DNA of 40,804 nucleotides. Origin: Gammaproteobacteria bacterium (GTDB lineage: Bacteria; Pseudomonadota; Gammaproteobacteria; Comchoanobacterales; Comchoanobacteraceae). The notes under the pieces are model-generated. The model was not told the origin of the DNA and made no database searches. It saw only the letters and a program-made list of their open reading frames with translations. Location: assembly GCA_016874185.1 (NCBI GenBank), contig VGUW01000001.1, positions 1 through 40,804 of the forward strand, given 5' to 3'. Below, piece after piece: positions 15,614-25,528 of this stretch (within the stretch, counting starts at the first letter, position 1; every line of letters starts with the position of its first letter). Made by a program: the position numbers and the translations under genes.

Positions 15614-17500
15614 TCAGACTTTTTTCTCAAGTTCAATTGAAATCCATTTGTTATAATTTTGTACCAAACGACCGGGCTCACTGAGCTCACCACCTTCAGA
15701 TATGATACTTTGATCAAATAAAATATCCGCAATTAATGCAAATAAATCCTCAGACTGCTCATTGGCCAATGCCTTAACCATAATGTGATCAGGATTTAAT
15801 TCTAATGTCGGCTTAAAATCTGGAACAGGCTGGCCGGCATCTTTTAAGATTCGTCGTAAATGCAATGTCATTTCATGATTCTCACCGACAACGCAACTTG
15901 GAGACTGAGATAGCTTTTTGGTCAACACAACATCTTTTACCCGATCTTTATAGTAAGCCTTCAAGCGATCAATAATATCAGACATTGATGCTTTGACCTG
16001 GTCATCGACCTTTAAATCATCATGGTCTAACTTGGACTGTGTGATTGATACTAGGTTCTTTTCTTCAAAACGAGATAAACGAGTGATCATCCACTCATCG
16101 ATGCGATCTGTCAGCACCAATACCTCAATCCCTTTTTTCTTAAAGTATTCCATATGTGGACTGAACATGCCCGAACTATATCCATCTGCTACAACGTAAA
16201 ATATGTCTTTCTGCCCCTCATGCATCCTTGAGACATAATCAGCCAAAGACTGTGTTTGTTTACCTGACTCATCAAATGTGCTTGAAAAACGAAGTAATTG
16301 CTGGATCTTCTCCTGATTTTGATAATCCTCACCAACCCCTTCTTTAATCACATTGCCAAACTGCTTCCAAAATTCCTGATAAGCCTCTTTATCCAAAGCT
16401 TTTTTATCCAGTAAATCCAAAACATGCTTGGTTGCACTTTGCTTAATCACATCAATCACGCGATTGCTTTGTAAAATCTCTCGAGAAACATTTAAAGGCA
16501 AATCATTTGAGTCAATTACCCCTCGGACAAATCTTAAATAATTTGGCAGGAACTGCTCGACTTTATCCATGATAAAAACACGCTGTACATATAATTTAAG
16601 ACCACGACTATGATCTCTGTGCCATAAATCAAAAGGAGCCCTCTTGGGTAAATAAAGCAACATGCTATAAGCATAATTGCCCTCTACTTTTTTATGAATC
16701 CAATCTGCCGGGGGTTCAAAATCATTTGAAATATGCTGATAAAACGATTCATACTCTTCTTTCTTAATATCTTTTCGATCCTTCATCCATAACGCTGTTC
16801 CCTGATTGACCTGCTCATATTTTACTTCTTTCTCAGTGGATTCCTGATCTTCTTGATGCACAATCTTTTCCATAAAAACACCGCAACGAATGTGATCCGA
16901 ATATTTAGTAATGTTTTGTCGCAACTGCCAATCTTGTAAAAATTCCTGATGATCTTCCTTGAGATGTAAAGTCACGGTTGTTCCAACCTCATCTCTTTCA
17001 CTGGGATTGACTTCATAATTTGAAATACCATCCGATTCCCACAAGAAAGCATCTGATTTACTCAACCCTGCTTTACGTGTCAATACACTGACTTTGTCTG
17101 CAACCACAAATGCTGAATAAAAACCAACACCAAATTGACCAATCATGGATACTTTATCTTGTTCAGAATTGGCTTGTTTTAAGCTATTTATAAATGCCTT
17201 GGTGCCTGACTTGGCAATAGTCCCCAGATGCAAATCCAAATCATCTGCATCCATTCCAATACCATTATCACTGAAAGATAAGGTCCCTGCTTTGTCATCA
17301 ACATGAACATAAATAGCGCCTTTCTCAAATCCTTCTAGCATCTTAGCATCTTCTAAACCTAAGAAACTGCGCTTTTCAATCGCATCAGATGCATTTGAGA
17401 TCAGCTCTCGAATAAATACTTCGGGCTTGGAATACATTGAATGTGTAATCAACTGTAATACTTGATTTACCTCAGCTTGAAATGCTTTTTTTACAGCCAC
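15614..17500 (-). CDS. htpG: molecular chaperone HtpG (Hsp90)
   Basis: FQAEV.QLL.L..HS.YS....FIRELISNASDA, IGQFGVGFYS. GTG start at 17500 with a GGAG RBS 6 nt upstream. Confidence 0.95.
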   Translation of the reverse strand: MAVKKAFQAEVNQVLQLITHSMYSKPEVFIRELISNASDAIEKRSFLGLEDAKMLEGFEKGAIYVHVDDKAGTLSFSDNGIGMDADDLDLHLGTIAKSGTKAFINSLKQANSEQDKVSMIGQFGVGFYSAFVVADKVSVLTRKAGLSKSDAFLWESDGISNYEVNPSERDEVGTTVTLHLKEDHQEFLQDWQLRQNITKYSDHIRCGVFMEKIVHQEDQESTEKEVKYEQVNQGTALWMKDRKDIKKEEYESFYQHISNDFEPPADWIHKKVEGNYAYSMLLYLPKRAPFDLWHRDHSRGLKLYVQRVFIMDKVEQFLPNYLRFVRGVIDSNDLPLNVSREILQSNRVIDVIKQSATKHVLDLLDKKALDKEAYQEFWKQFGNVIKEGVGEDYQNQEKIQQLLRFSSTFDESGKQTQSLADYVSRMHEGQKDIFYVVADGYSSGMFSPHMEYFKKKGIEVLVLTDRIDEWMITRLSRFEEKNLVSITQSKLDHDDLKVDDQVKASMSDIIDRLKAYYKDRVKDVVLTKKLSQSPSCVVGENHEMTLHLRRILKDAGQPVPDFKPTLELNPDHIMVKALANEQSEDLFALIADILFDQSIISEGGELSEPGRLVQNYNKWISIELEKKV

Positions 17501-17527
17501 CTTTTTCTCCTAAATTACCTATATGAG

Positions 17528-17557
17528 AAATGTGGTGACATATTTACATATTTCAAG
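17528..17557 (-). promoter_or_regulatory. candidate sigma32 heat-shock promoter of htpG
   Basis: The minus strand reads CTTGAAA, a 15-nt spacer, then CCACATTT, compared with the CTTGAAA / CCCCATnT consensus. The -10 element ends 28 nt upstream of the GTG start. Confidence 0.5.
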
Positions 17558-17602
17558 AGCTTCTGGTCAATTTTTAGCATGCCGGATCAAAGGATGCAAA
17601 AT

Positions 17603-17631
17603 GATGCTGGGTAAAAACAAAACCCGGCATC
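17603..17631 (-). terminator. rho-independent terminator after rpoS
   Basis: The minus strand reads GATGCCGGG-TTTTGTTTTTA-CCCAGCATC followed by ATTTTG. The stem is 9 bp with one mismatch. Confidence 0.5.
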
Positions 17632-17655
17632 ATTTCAAGACACATCACTAAGTCC

Positions 17656-18552
17656 TTAAGACTCATCATCCTCAAACACATTCAGTTGATACTGATCTAA
17701 CTTTTGATCCTCAAAACTTTTACGCATAAATTTAATGGCACGAATCTGGCATTGACGCACACGCTCACGCGTCATGTGTAAATCCTCCCCCACTCGCTCC
17801 AATGTTTGAGGATCATGTCCCATCAACCCAAAGCGACGAACCAAAACTTCTCGCTCAAGCTCAGGTAAGCCTTCAACCGTTCTTTGCAAAATCATTAAGA
17901 AATTTGCCTGCTCCAATGATTTAGAAGGATCCCCCTCAGATTTTTCAATAACAACATCCGATAAGGTGGTTTCGTTATCTTCATAAATCACAACATCCAA
18001 TGATGCCACATCGTACTTGTAACTTAAGATTTCATCTATTTCCGCCGCTGGCTTATCGAAAATACCCTCCAAATTCTTGCCCTGCGGATCAATCGACTCT
18101 TTTGCATCAGCAACGGACTGGGTCGCACGAAGATAGGTATTCAACTCTTTAATCACATGAATTGGCAATCGAATCGTTCGGCTTTGATTCATAATGGCAC
18201 GCTCAATACATTGACGAACCCACCATGTGGCATATGTGGAAAAACGGAACCCACGCTCAGGATCAAATTTATCCAAAGCATACATCAGCCCAAGGTTCCC
18301 CTCTTCAATCAGGTCATTAAAATCAAGACCCCGATTACAATACTTGCGTGCAATTTTAACCACTAACCTCAAATTGGCTTTAATCATATGCTCATAAGAT
18401 GCTCTGCAGCCAGAAACAGCTTTTCTTGAAAGCTCAAGCTCTTTTTCAGGGCTTAATAGCTCTGTGCAGCCAATATCAGCTAAGTAAATTTGAGTTGGGT
18501 CAAATGATGATTCCGAGCTGTCTCGAAACGAATTGATCTTTTCCTTGATCAT
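17656..18552 (-). CDS. rpoS: RNA polymerase sigma factor RpoS
   Basis: [16 protein letters not shown]...[56 protein letters not shown] closely follows E. coli RpoS. It is too short for RpoD and lacks the RpoH box. Confidence 0.88.
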   Translation of the reverse strand: MIKEKINSFRDSSESSFDPTQIYLADIGCTELLSPEKELELSRKAVSGCRASYEHMIKANLRLVVKIARKYCNRGLDFNDLIEEGNLGLMYALDKFDPERGFRFSTYATWWVRQCIERAIMNQSRTIRLPIHVIKELNTYLRATQSVADAKESIDPQGKNLEGIFDKPAAEIDEILSYKYDVASLDVVIYEDNETTLSDVVIEKSEGDPSKSLEQANFLMILQRTVEGLPELEREVLVRRFGLMGHDPQTLERVGEDLHMTRERVRQCQIRAIKFMRKSFEDQKLDQYQLNVFEDDES

Positions 18553-18626
18553 AACAATTCTCCAATGTTTTACACAGTCCTTGTGTATTTTCTCAGTATA
18601 CCAGTAACAAATCGAAAATGCAACCC

Positions 18627-19907
18627 TTAAACCTCCATAAGTTGTAATTGTCGCACAATATTAACACCCAGCTTGGATAATTTTCCCTCAATATCCGCAT
18701 AACCTCTATCAATATGATAAATTCTCTGAACCAAGGTTTCACCAATCGCGCAACAGGCAGCCAGGACCAAACTGGCAGATGCCCTCAAATCCGAAGCCAT
18801 CACCGGTGCCGCTGTCAGAAACTCAACACCACGCACCCTTGCCTTATTACCCTGAACCTCTATTTGAGCGCCCATCCGCATTAACTCACATGCATGCATC
18901 ATGCGATTTTCAAAAATGGTCTCTGTAATCAGACTTTCTCCCTCTGACACAGCCGCAAGCGACATCCACTGCGCCTGCAAATCTGTTGGGAACCCTGGAT
19001 ATACATTGGTACATATCGAAACAGCTTTAGGGCGCCGTTTCATAACAAGGGAAATGGTTTTTTCATCTTCATCCACCTTGATTTCAGCACCAGCCTGCCG
19101 CATCAGATCCAGCACATGTTCAAGAATGCCAGGCTGAATCCCTCTCACCTTAATCGATCCACGCACCATCATAGCGCCAATCAAATAAGTTCCAGCCTCC
19201 ATCCGGTCACCTATAACGGTAAACACAGATCTGGGCGCCGTTAAAGAAGACACGCCCTCAATTTCTATAAAAGACTCTGCAACTTTTATCTTAGCGCCAC
19301 AGGACACCAAGAACTCAATCAAACACAAAACCTCAGGCTCAGTGGAGGCATTTCTAAGAATAGACTTACCCCTGGCTAAAACTGCAGCCATAATTGCGTT
19401 CTCAGTTCCTGTCACTGTAATCACATCAAAATGAAAATCACAACCCTGAAGCCCGGCTTCTGGCGCTTTAGCAACAACAAATCCTTCAGACACCACAACA
19501 TCAGCACCAAGAGCTTTCATAAATTTAATATGCTGATCAACAGGACGCGCTCCAATAGCACACCCACCAGGCAAAGACACTTTGGCAAAACCTGTTCTTG
19601 CCAATAAAGGACCTAATACCAAAATAGATGCCCGCATTTTCTTTACCAGATCATATGAGGCTACTGAGCAAATATCTTGCTCAATATTGGTCACCAGCAA
19701 CTTATCCTTGTACTTTGCCTGAGCTCCCAAATCCTTAAGCAGAGCCAGCATGCTCTGGATGTCACACAAGGAAGGCACATTATTAATTCTAACCTCCCCC
19801 TGAACCAATAAAGTAGCGGCCATAATTGGCAAGCAAGCATTCTTCGCCCCTTCAATTTGAATTTCACCATCCCATTTTGATGGCCCTTGAATAACCAATT
19901 GCTGCAT
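18627..19907 (-). CDS. murA: UDP-N-acetylglucosamine 1-carboxyvinyltransferase
   Basis: [24 protein letters not shown] aligns with the E. coli MurA N-terminus, so ATG 19907 is preferred over TTG 19958. Active-site loop [15 protein letters not shown]. Confidence 0.94.
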   Translation of the reverse strand: MQQLVIQGPSKWDGEIQIEGAKNACLPIMAATLLVQGEVRINNVPSLCDIQSMLALLKDLGAQAKYKDKLLVTNIEQDICSVASYDLVKKMRASILVLGPLLARTGFAKVSLPGGCAIGARPVDQHIKFMKALGADVVVSEGFVVAKAPEAGLQGCDFHFDVITVTGTENAIMAAVLARGKSILRNASTEPEVLCLIEFLVSCGAKIKVAESFIEIEGVSSLTAPRSVFTVIGDRMEAGTYLIGAMMVRGSIKVRGIQPGILEHVLDLMRQAGAEIKVDEDEKTISLVMKRRPKAVSICTNVYPGFPTDLQAQWMSLAAVSEGESLITETIFENRMMHACELMRMGAQIEVQGNKARVRGVEFLTAAPVMASDLRASASLVLAACCAIGETLVQRIYHIDRGYADIEGKLSKLGVNIVRQLQLMEV

Positions 19908-19959
19908 ACCACTTTCTCTGTTTTTTCTCAGTGTATCGATATTTAGAGCAAGACTCAAA

Positions 19960-20538
19960 TTAATCTCTTAAAAATTGAATCAAGCCGTCAATACCTTTTT
20001 CTTTGATGATAGGCTTATACTGTGATATATATCCCTCAACAACCATCACCCCATCGATGCTGACATCCTGAATTAACCACCGATCTTTCACACAACTTAA
20101 AATAAAATTCAACTTCACTGGCGCTCCAGATCTTGCACGATACAAAGCCTTCACCTGCGCCATATCTGCAACTTCGCTGCGCATCGGATAAAAACGCAGC
20201 TCATTCCCGCTATCAATTTGCATCAAGGCCCCCACAAACCCCTTCACTAACTGCTTGGCCATCAGTGATTTCAGCAGCTTTCTCTGATCTTCTGACATCA
20301 AGCGAAAAGCATCCATGCCAACCACACGTGCAACCACGTAATCGGCATCGGCAACATCCACAAGCCTCTCACTCACCTCCCTCATTAATTTGTCTTGGTT
20401 CTTTGAAGCCTTTGCCTGCTCAGAGACCTCTTTACTCAAGCCAATCATATAATCCCGGGGGTTCTGACACTGCCCTGCGAATAAAAACCCACAAAACGCA
20501 TAACAAACCAATCCGTTTCTAATCACATGCAGCATCAT
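19960..20538 (-). CDS. mlaC: phospholipid-binding periplasmic protein MlaC
   Basis: Position after mlaFED, N-terminal signal sequence, and the Ttg2D/MlaC-like C-terminus WLIQDVSIDGVMVVEGYISQYKPII. Confidence 0.82.
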   Translation of the reverse strand: MMLHVIRNGLVCYAFCGFLFAGQCQNPRDYMIGLSKEVSEQAKASKNQDKLMREVSERLVDVADADYVVARVVGMDAFRLMSEDQRKLLKSLMAKQLVKGFVGALMQIDSGNELRFYPMRSEVADMAQVKALYRARSGAPVKLNFILSCVKDRWLIQDVSIDGVMVVEGYISQYKPIIKEKGIDGLIQFLRD

Positions 20539-20993
20539 TTATCTCCAAAAAATAACAACAGTTTACTAAACAGATTTTCAAGAACCACCGCTGAATTTGT
20601 TCTTAAAATCTCATCGCCTTTTCGCAAAAATGTATCTGAAAACCCGGGCATAATTGACAGATACTTAGAGCCCAGAATCCCCTCAGTATATACCCCAATG
20701 GTAGAATCTGCCGGGATCTTTAATTTAGGATCAAAAATCGTCAAAGTGACCATTGCACTGTAGGTATCCGGAACAATCACAATATCATTAACCTGCCCAA
20801 CCGTCACTCCACTAATACGCACCAGGGCCCGATTTACAAGCCCAGACACATCATCAAACCTGGCTCTCAATTGATAAGCACCCAACTTTTCATCTGAAAC
20901 TTGACCCGTAATTGACGACAAAAAGAAAAACACAGAAAGTCCCAAAATAAAAAATGAGCCGACACTTAAATCCATCCACCTCTTTTTAAACAT
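20535..20993 (-). CDS. mlaD: outer membrane lipid asymmetry protein MlaD (MCE domain)
   Basis: One N-terminal TM helix followed by an MCE domain (VRISGVTVGQVNDI). ATG 20993, with a GGGGGAAGGG RBS, is preferred over the longer ORF. Confidence 0.85.
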   Translation of the reverse strand: MFKKRWMDLSVGSFFILGLSVFFFLSSITGQVSDEKLGAYQLRARFDDVSGLVNRALVRISGVTVGQVNDIVIVPDTYSAMVTLTIFDPKLKIPADSTIGVYTEGILGSKYLSIMPGFSDTFLRKGDEILRTNSAVVLENLFSKLLLFFGDK

Positions 20994-21003
20994 CCCTTCC
21001 CCC

Positions 21004-21759
21004 TCAATAAAGAAATTGAGATAGCACATAATCAAGCATTAATACCCCAGCAGAAGACAAAACCACTGCTTGTGTAGATGCCTTTGCAATCCCACTTGAA
21101 CCACGCTCTACAAAAGCTCCTTGATATAAAGACATAACGCCAATCCATCCACCAAAGAAAACTGCTTTATACATTCCGTATAGCACATCTACCTCAAAAT
21201 AAATACTTCCAAACACCAGTGGAGTCCAAAAAATCTGACTCTCCATACCATGAAGAGTGACCGCATAAAACCATGCTGCATAGATGCTGATTGCATCAAA
21301 TGCCAAAACCAATATCGGGGTTACAATCAGCAAGGCCAATAACCGCGGCCACATCAGGTATGCATAAGAATTGATGCCCCACATTAACAAAGAATCAATT
21401 TGCTCCGCTTGCTTCATTTGACCCAGTTCTGCAGCCAGTGTTGACCCCACACGCCCGGCAACCAAAAGACCTGTCACAACAGGAGAAAGCTCACGAAATA
21501 GACCGAAAGCCACAACCTGACTTAACTGCGGCAGGCTACCAAATCCCTCAAGCACTATGTACATTTGAAATGCAAAAACCAAGCCAATAAACAAAGCTGA
21601 AATACAAATAAGAACCAATGAACTAACACCGGCAATGTGTAGCTGAGATATCATCTGCCTTGGGAGTAATCTCCCATACTGCAACGCCAAAAGCAAACAG
21701 CCTATAAATCTTAAAAATTGCTCTAAAACACGCAACAGATTAAACATGTAATGTCCCAT
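21004..21759 (-). CDS. mlaE: ABC transporter permease MlaE
   Basis: Collinear with E. coli MlaE (LFRELSPVVTGLLVAGRVGS.LAAELG.MK..EQIDSL). Confidence 0.9.
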   Translation of the reverse strand: MGHYMFNLLRVLEQFLRFIGCLLLALQYGRLLPRQMISQLHIAGVSSLVLICISALFIGLVFAFQMYIVLEGFGSLPQLSQVVAFGLFRELSPVVTGLLVAGRVGSTLAAELGQMKQAEQIDSLLMWGINSYAYLMWPRLLALLIVTPILVLAFDAISIYAAWFYAVTLHGMESQIFWTPLVFGSIYFEVDVLYGMYKAVFFGGWIGVMSLYQGAFVERGSSGIAKASTQAVVLSSAGVLMLDYVLSQFLY

Positions 21760-22471
21760 CTAAAAATGCACGAACCATTGGCAAATCAGAGCGCAAAATA
21801 TCTTGAGACCCACCCCTTACTTTCACTGTTTTCTCCATCAAGACTATGGACTCATGACACAGGGACAATGTTTCCTTCACATCGTGAGACACCAGTATCA
21901 TGGCAAACCCAAACTCTTGACCAAGCTCTGACAGCATATTCACCAAAGAAGCTTTTGTAATAGGGTCCTGGCCTGTAAATGGCTCATCGCACAATAATAG
22001 TTTTGGCTTTCGCAAAACAGTTGCCGCCAACACCACCCTTCGCCGCATGCCACCGGACAATTGATCAGGAAAATGTTCTGCAACATGATCTAAATTCAAC
22101 TTTACCAGCACACGCATAATATTATCAGACTTTTCTTGAGTAGTCCCAGGCAAATAAAACAAAGACAGCATCAAATTATCAAAAATACTCATATCTTCCA
22201 ACAATGGTGACTTTTGAAATAAAAATGACATACCTTGACGCAAAACCGTCAAATCAACTTCAGAGACAAGATTTCCAAACACAGAACACGTCCCTTCAAA
22301 TTCCTCATGAAATCCAGATATAACTCTTAAAATGGTACTTTTACCAATGCCACTTGGCCCTAAAATACCCAGATAGCGACCTGCCTCAAGACGAAACTCA
22401 ATATCTTTTAAAATCACCTGATTTAAGTAGCTAACACTGGCTAATTTACAATCAACAGCAATCACCACCAC
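21740..22471 (-). CDS. mlaF: ABC transporter ATP-binding protein MlaF
   Basis: Walker A GPSGIGKST, signature LSGGMRRRV, Walker B LLLCDEP. One of three consecutive GTG codons after an AAGGAG RBS is the start. Confidence 0.9.
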   Translation of the reverse strand: MVVIAVDCKLASVSYLNQVILKDIEFRLEAGRYLGILGPSGIGKSTILRVISGFHEEFEGTCSVFGNLVSEVDLTVLRQGMSFLFQKSPLLEDMSIFDNLMLSLFYLPGTTQEKSDNIMRVLVKLNLDHVAEHFPDQLSGGMRRRVVLAATVLRKPKLLLCDEPFTGQDPITKASLVNMLSELGQEFGFAMILVSHDVKETLSLCHESIVLMEKTVKVRGGSQDILRSDLPMVRAFLDGTLHV

Positions 22472-22537
22472 TCCTTTGGCATTATTTATTATTTTATATT
22501 ATATTATTTTTTGATATTTTGCACACTAGGCTCAGCT

Positions 22538-23041
22538 ATGAAATTTAATGACACAATTGAAAATATTAACTCCAAAAGAACTGCTTTGAGAGCTATTATT
22601 TGTGATGTGGATGGAGTCCTGACAAATGGGCAGATCGCTTACACTGATACAGGCAAACAAGTGCATCATTATCATGCCCTGGATGGATATGGATTTATTC
22701 ACCTTGTTCAGAGGGGATTTTTAATCACCATTGTTTCAGGAAGAGACAACCCCAGTGCCATAATTAGGGGGAATGAGCTTGGAGTCACCGAGGTTCATAC
22801 GGCCATTACAAGCAAAATAACCCTCATGAAACAACTCTCTCAGAAATACCAAATACCACTCAAAAACTGGGGAGCAATCGGTGATGACATTAATGATTTA
22901 GAATGCTTCCAGGCTTCAGGACTATCATTTACAGTACCCCAAGCACACCCTAAAGCCTTAGAGGCTGCTAATATTATCACATCAAGACATGGTGGCGCAG
23001 GCGCTTTTCGCGAAATCAGTGACTGGATTTTAGGTCTATGA
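22538..23041 (+). CDS. kdsC: 3-deoxy-manno-octulosonate-8-phosphatase KdsC
   Basis: HAD motifs IICDVDGVLTNGQI, SGR and GDDINDLE. ATG 22538 is preferred over TTG 22511. Confidence 0.85.
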   Translation: MKFNDTIENINSKRTALRAIICDVDGVLTNGQIAYTDTGKQVHHYHALDGYGFIHLVQRGFLITIVSGRDNPSAIIRGNELGVTEVHTAITSKITLMKQLSQKYQIPLKNWGAIGDDINDLECFQASGLSFTVPQAHPKALEAANIITSRHGGAGAFREISDWILGL

Positions 23042-23502
23042 TAAACTGGATCAGACTAACTATTCTCACAAGTCAGTTTCTATGCGCTCAAACCATTAAC
23101 TTCAACAATGTCTCTCTTCACATCAAAGCACCTAAAAACAGCCAAATTACTATCGATAGCTCTCAAATTATATCTTGTCAAAATTCCAACCTCTGCCTAC
23201 AAAGCCCTGTCATTCTTTATGAAGAAGCAAACAGCTCATGGCGTATTGAAGCTGATGGCGGAGAAATTAATCCTGAATCAGCAGTTTTTAAAGCCACTGA
23301 CGTAAAAATCACAACACCATCATGGTGGACTGCTTCGGCCAATCTAATTGAATTTAACCCTGAAAAACAATACCTATCATTGTCTGAACCTGCGATGAAA
23401 ATAAAAAATTTCATCATCAAAAGCCCCAAGGCAACAGCTTTGATAAAATCTCAAAATCTAATCATCAACGGACCCTGGGAAATCACACTGGACAAATCAT
23501 GA
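23038..23502 (+). CDS. OstA-like LPS-transport protein (LptC/LptA family)
   Basis: Sits directly after kdsC, as lptC does in E. coli. It has an N-terminal hydrophobic segment and a beta-rich body. I cannot tell LptC from LptA by eye. Confidence 0.5.
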   Translation: MINWIRLTILTSQFLCAQTINFNNVSLHIKAPKNSQITIDSSQIISCQNSNLCLQSPVILYEEANSSWRIEADGGEINPESAVFKATDVKITTPSWWTASANLIEFNPEKQYLSLSEPAMKIKNFIIKSPKATALIKSQNLIINGPWEITLDKS

Positions 23503-24212
23503 AAAAAAACTTCCTTTCTGGCCTTATAAGTTTATCACTCCTGAGTGGCTGTCAATTTTCTAATACTCAAAATGATCCTTTTGAACATTACAACCGAGCA
23601 CTGTATGATGTTCATCAAGTGATTGCGCAAGAGATTTATCTGCCCATTTATGGTGCATACCAGTATATTCTCCCACTTGAAATTAGAACTGGCATTAATA
23701 ATATCACCAACAACCTTCTTGAGGTTCCTAATATTATCTTTGACCTGCTTCAGGGGGATATTGAATTTGCTCTTTCTGACGCCTCTAGATTTGTAATCAA
23801 CACCACCTTCGGCGTATTTGGTATTTTTGATTTTGCCAGTAACCTCTATCTTCCAAAACACCAGCAAAGCTTTAGTAAAACTCTTGCTGTTTGGGGATCG
23901 GATCCTGGCCCATTCATTGTTATTCCAGGTATCGGTGCAGGTTTCTTATCGGATCATATCAATACAGTCACACAATTTAAAACCATGACAAAACTATCAA
24001 TCAACCACAATGCTTTATCCCCATCACTTTATTTAAATCAAAAACTGGGTGAAAGTGGTGATCAAACACTGCTCATTCTTAAGGCAAGCGATCCATACAC
24101 CGTTTCTCGTAATATGGCCCTTCAGAAATTTAATAACTATAAAAATGCCCCCAGCTATCAGTCCCTTCAGCAAGACCTCATCGATGAGGAAATGATGCAA
24201 AAGGACTCTTAA
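23499..24212 (+). CDS. mlaA: outer membrane lipoprotein MlaA (VacJ)
   Basis: Lipobox LLSGC, then DPFEHYNRALYDVH, NNLLEVPNIIFDLLQG and RFVINTTFGVFGIFD, typical of the VacJ family. Confidence 0.85.
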   Translation: MKKNFLSGLISLSLLSGCQFSNTQNDPFEHYNRALYDVHQVIAQEIYLPIYGAYQYILPLEIRTGINNITNNLLEVPNIIFDLLQGDIEFALSDASRFVINTTFGVFGIFDFASNLYLPKHQQSFSKTLAVWGSDPGPFIVIPGIGAGFLSDHINTVTQFKTMTKLSINHNALSPSLYLNQKLGESGDQTLLILKASDPYTVSRNMALQKFNNYKNAPSYQSLQQDLIDEEMMQKDS

Positions 24213-24213
24213 A

Positions 24214-24678
24214 ATGGGCCACTCAATTGATATCGCCCTTTTCGAACCGCAAATTCCTCCAAACACAGGCAACATCTTGCGTCTTTGCGCCAACACCCAA
24301 TCTCACCTGCACCTCATCCAGCCAATGGGATTTGAAATCAACGAAAAAACGCTTAAAAGAGCTGCCCTGGATTATATTACTCCAAATTGCTACACCATTT
24401 ATCCAGATATTGATACTTTTCTTGCAAAGCAAATCCATAAAAAAATATGGTGTGCCTCTACAAAAGCCAACACACCATATCACAAAATTCGGTATTCGCC
24501 TGGAAACATTCTGCTTTTTGGAGCAGAAACTCACGGGCTTCCAGTAAACATACTAAAAAATTATGCCAGCATACGCATTCCAATGGCACCAGATCAGCGC
24601 TCATTAAACTTATCCAATAGCGTAGCAATTATTCTTTACCATGCCCTTTACCAAAATGATTTTTTCAACCTGCGCTAA
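24214..24678 (+). CDS. trmL: tRNA (cytidine/uridine-2'-O-)-methyltransferase TrmL (SpoU family)
   Basis: IALFEPQIPPNTGNILRLCANT, LLFGAETHGLP, IRIPM....RSLNLSN.VAI; 154 aa. Confidence 0.87.
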   Translation: MGHSIDIALFEPQIPPNTGNILRLCANTQSHLHLIQPMGFEINEKTLKRAALDYITPNCYTIYPDIDTFLAKQIHKKIWCASTKANTPYHKIRYSPGNILLFGAETHGLPVNILKNYASIRIPMAPDQRSLNLSNSVAIILYHALYQNDFFNLR

Positions 24679-24722
24679 TAACAACTTTGAATACAATCAT
24701 TGTTACTAACGCAAGCCATCAA

Positions 24723-25517
24723 CTATTTTTTCATATTTTCAATAGGTGACAACAACTTCAAATCCTCAACAAGCTCTCGTGCACCATGAGACTCTGTTTC
24801 TTCGAAAATATTTCCCTCACGGGCCCATTTTTCCAAAGATGATATGTCAAGTCTTGCGCACATTGGCCTAACATTCCAAGTAACTTCTGCTGGAGAGCAA
24901 ACGGTATCATTGTAATAAACACCGGTTGTAGAACCCAAATAACTTACTGGAGTGCCGGTGCCTGTAGGCAGCTGCTTAGGTTGATAAAAACCACCAACAC
25001 GCTCATTGGCCAAAACAAAATCATCAAATTTTAGTGCTTTGGGGTCATTAACAAGCAAAAATGCTTGTGCTTCGACACGTAATTTTGGATCAGTACATCC
25101 CTCAGGGACACAAGAGCTCAGGCCTTTTCCTGGTTTTGCATCGCAAGTAGAGAATACCCAATGAACTTCAATCGTATCACCTGGTTTAACATTACCAAAA
25201 GCACCCTTGCCCTCAAATGGATCTTTTAACTCCTCTGCAGTCAATGAGTCGGCCCCATCACAAACATAACCACTTGGCTGGCCTGCTTTTGCCTTAACAC
25301 TAAAGCCAGGCCCCTTGTTTTCTGCGCTGGTATGACTATGAATGTTGCAAAGATTCATTTCACTATAAGCTGGAGCAAAAGGAAAACTTTGCGGATTTTC
25401 TCCTTGCACTTTAGTAATATCCCGGGGTGACTGAGGTGCGGCAACACTACAATCAACCGAAGCATATAAAGTAAAAGGGACCAAAAACGAACATAAGGCT
25501 AAATTTTTCACAAGCAT
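24723..25517 (-). CDS. secreted Cys-rich protein with an HxH...ExH motif; possible delta-class carbonic-anhydrase-like metalloprotein
   Basis: Signal peptide MLVKNLALCSFLVPFTLYA. Motifs CNIHSHTSAE (H60, H62) and IEVHWV (E117, H119), plus several Cys. The CDS is solid; the confidence given is for the function, which is only a recollection-based guess. Confidence 0.35.
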   Translation of the reverse strand: MLVKNLALCSFLVPFTLYASVDCSVAAPQSPRDITKVQGENPQSFPFAPAYSEMNLCNIHSHTSAENKGPGFSVKAKAGQPSGYVCDGADSLTAEELKDPFEGKGAFGNVKPGDTIEVHWVFSTCDAKPGKGLSSCVPEGCTDPKLRVEAQAFLLVNDPKALKFDDFVLANERVGGFYQPKQLPTGTGTPVSYLGSTTGVYYNDTVCSPAEVTWNVRPMCARLDISSLEKWAREGNIFEETESHGARELVEDLKLLSPIENMKK

Positions 25518-25528
25518 AAAAATCCTTT

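Noticed and set aside
24679..24722. TAACAA/TTGTTA hairpin between trmL and the HxH protein gene, considered as a terminator
   Set aside because: The stem is only 6 bp of A/T-rich pairs with a 15-nt loop and no flanking U-tract, which is too weak to call.
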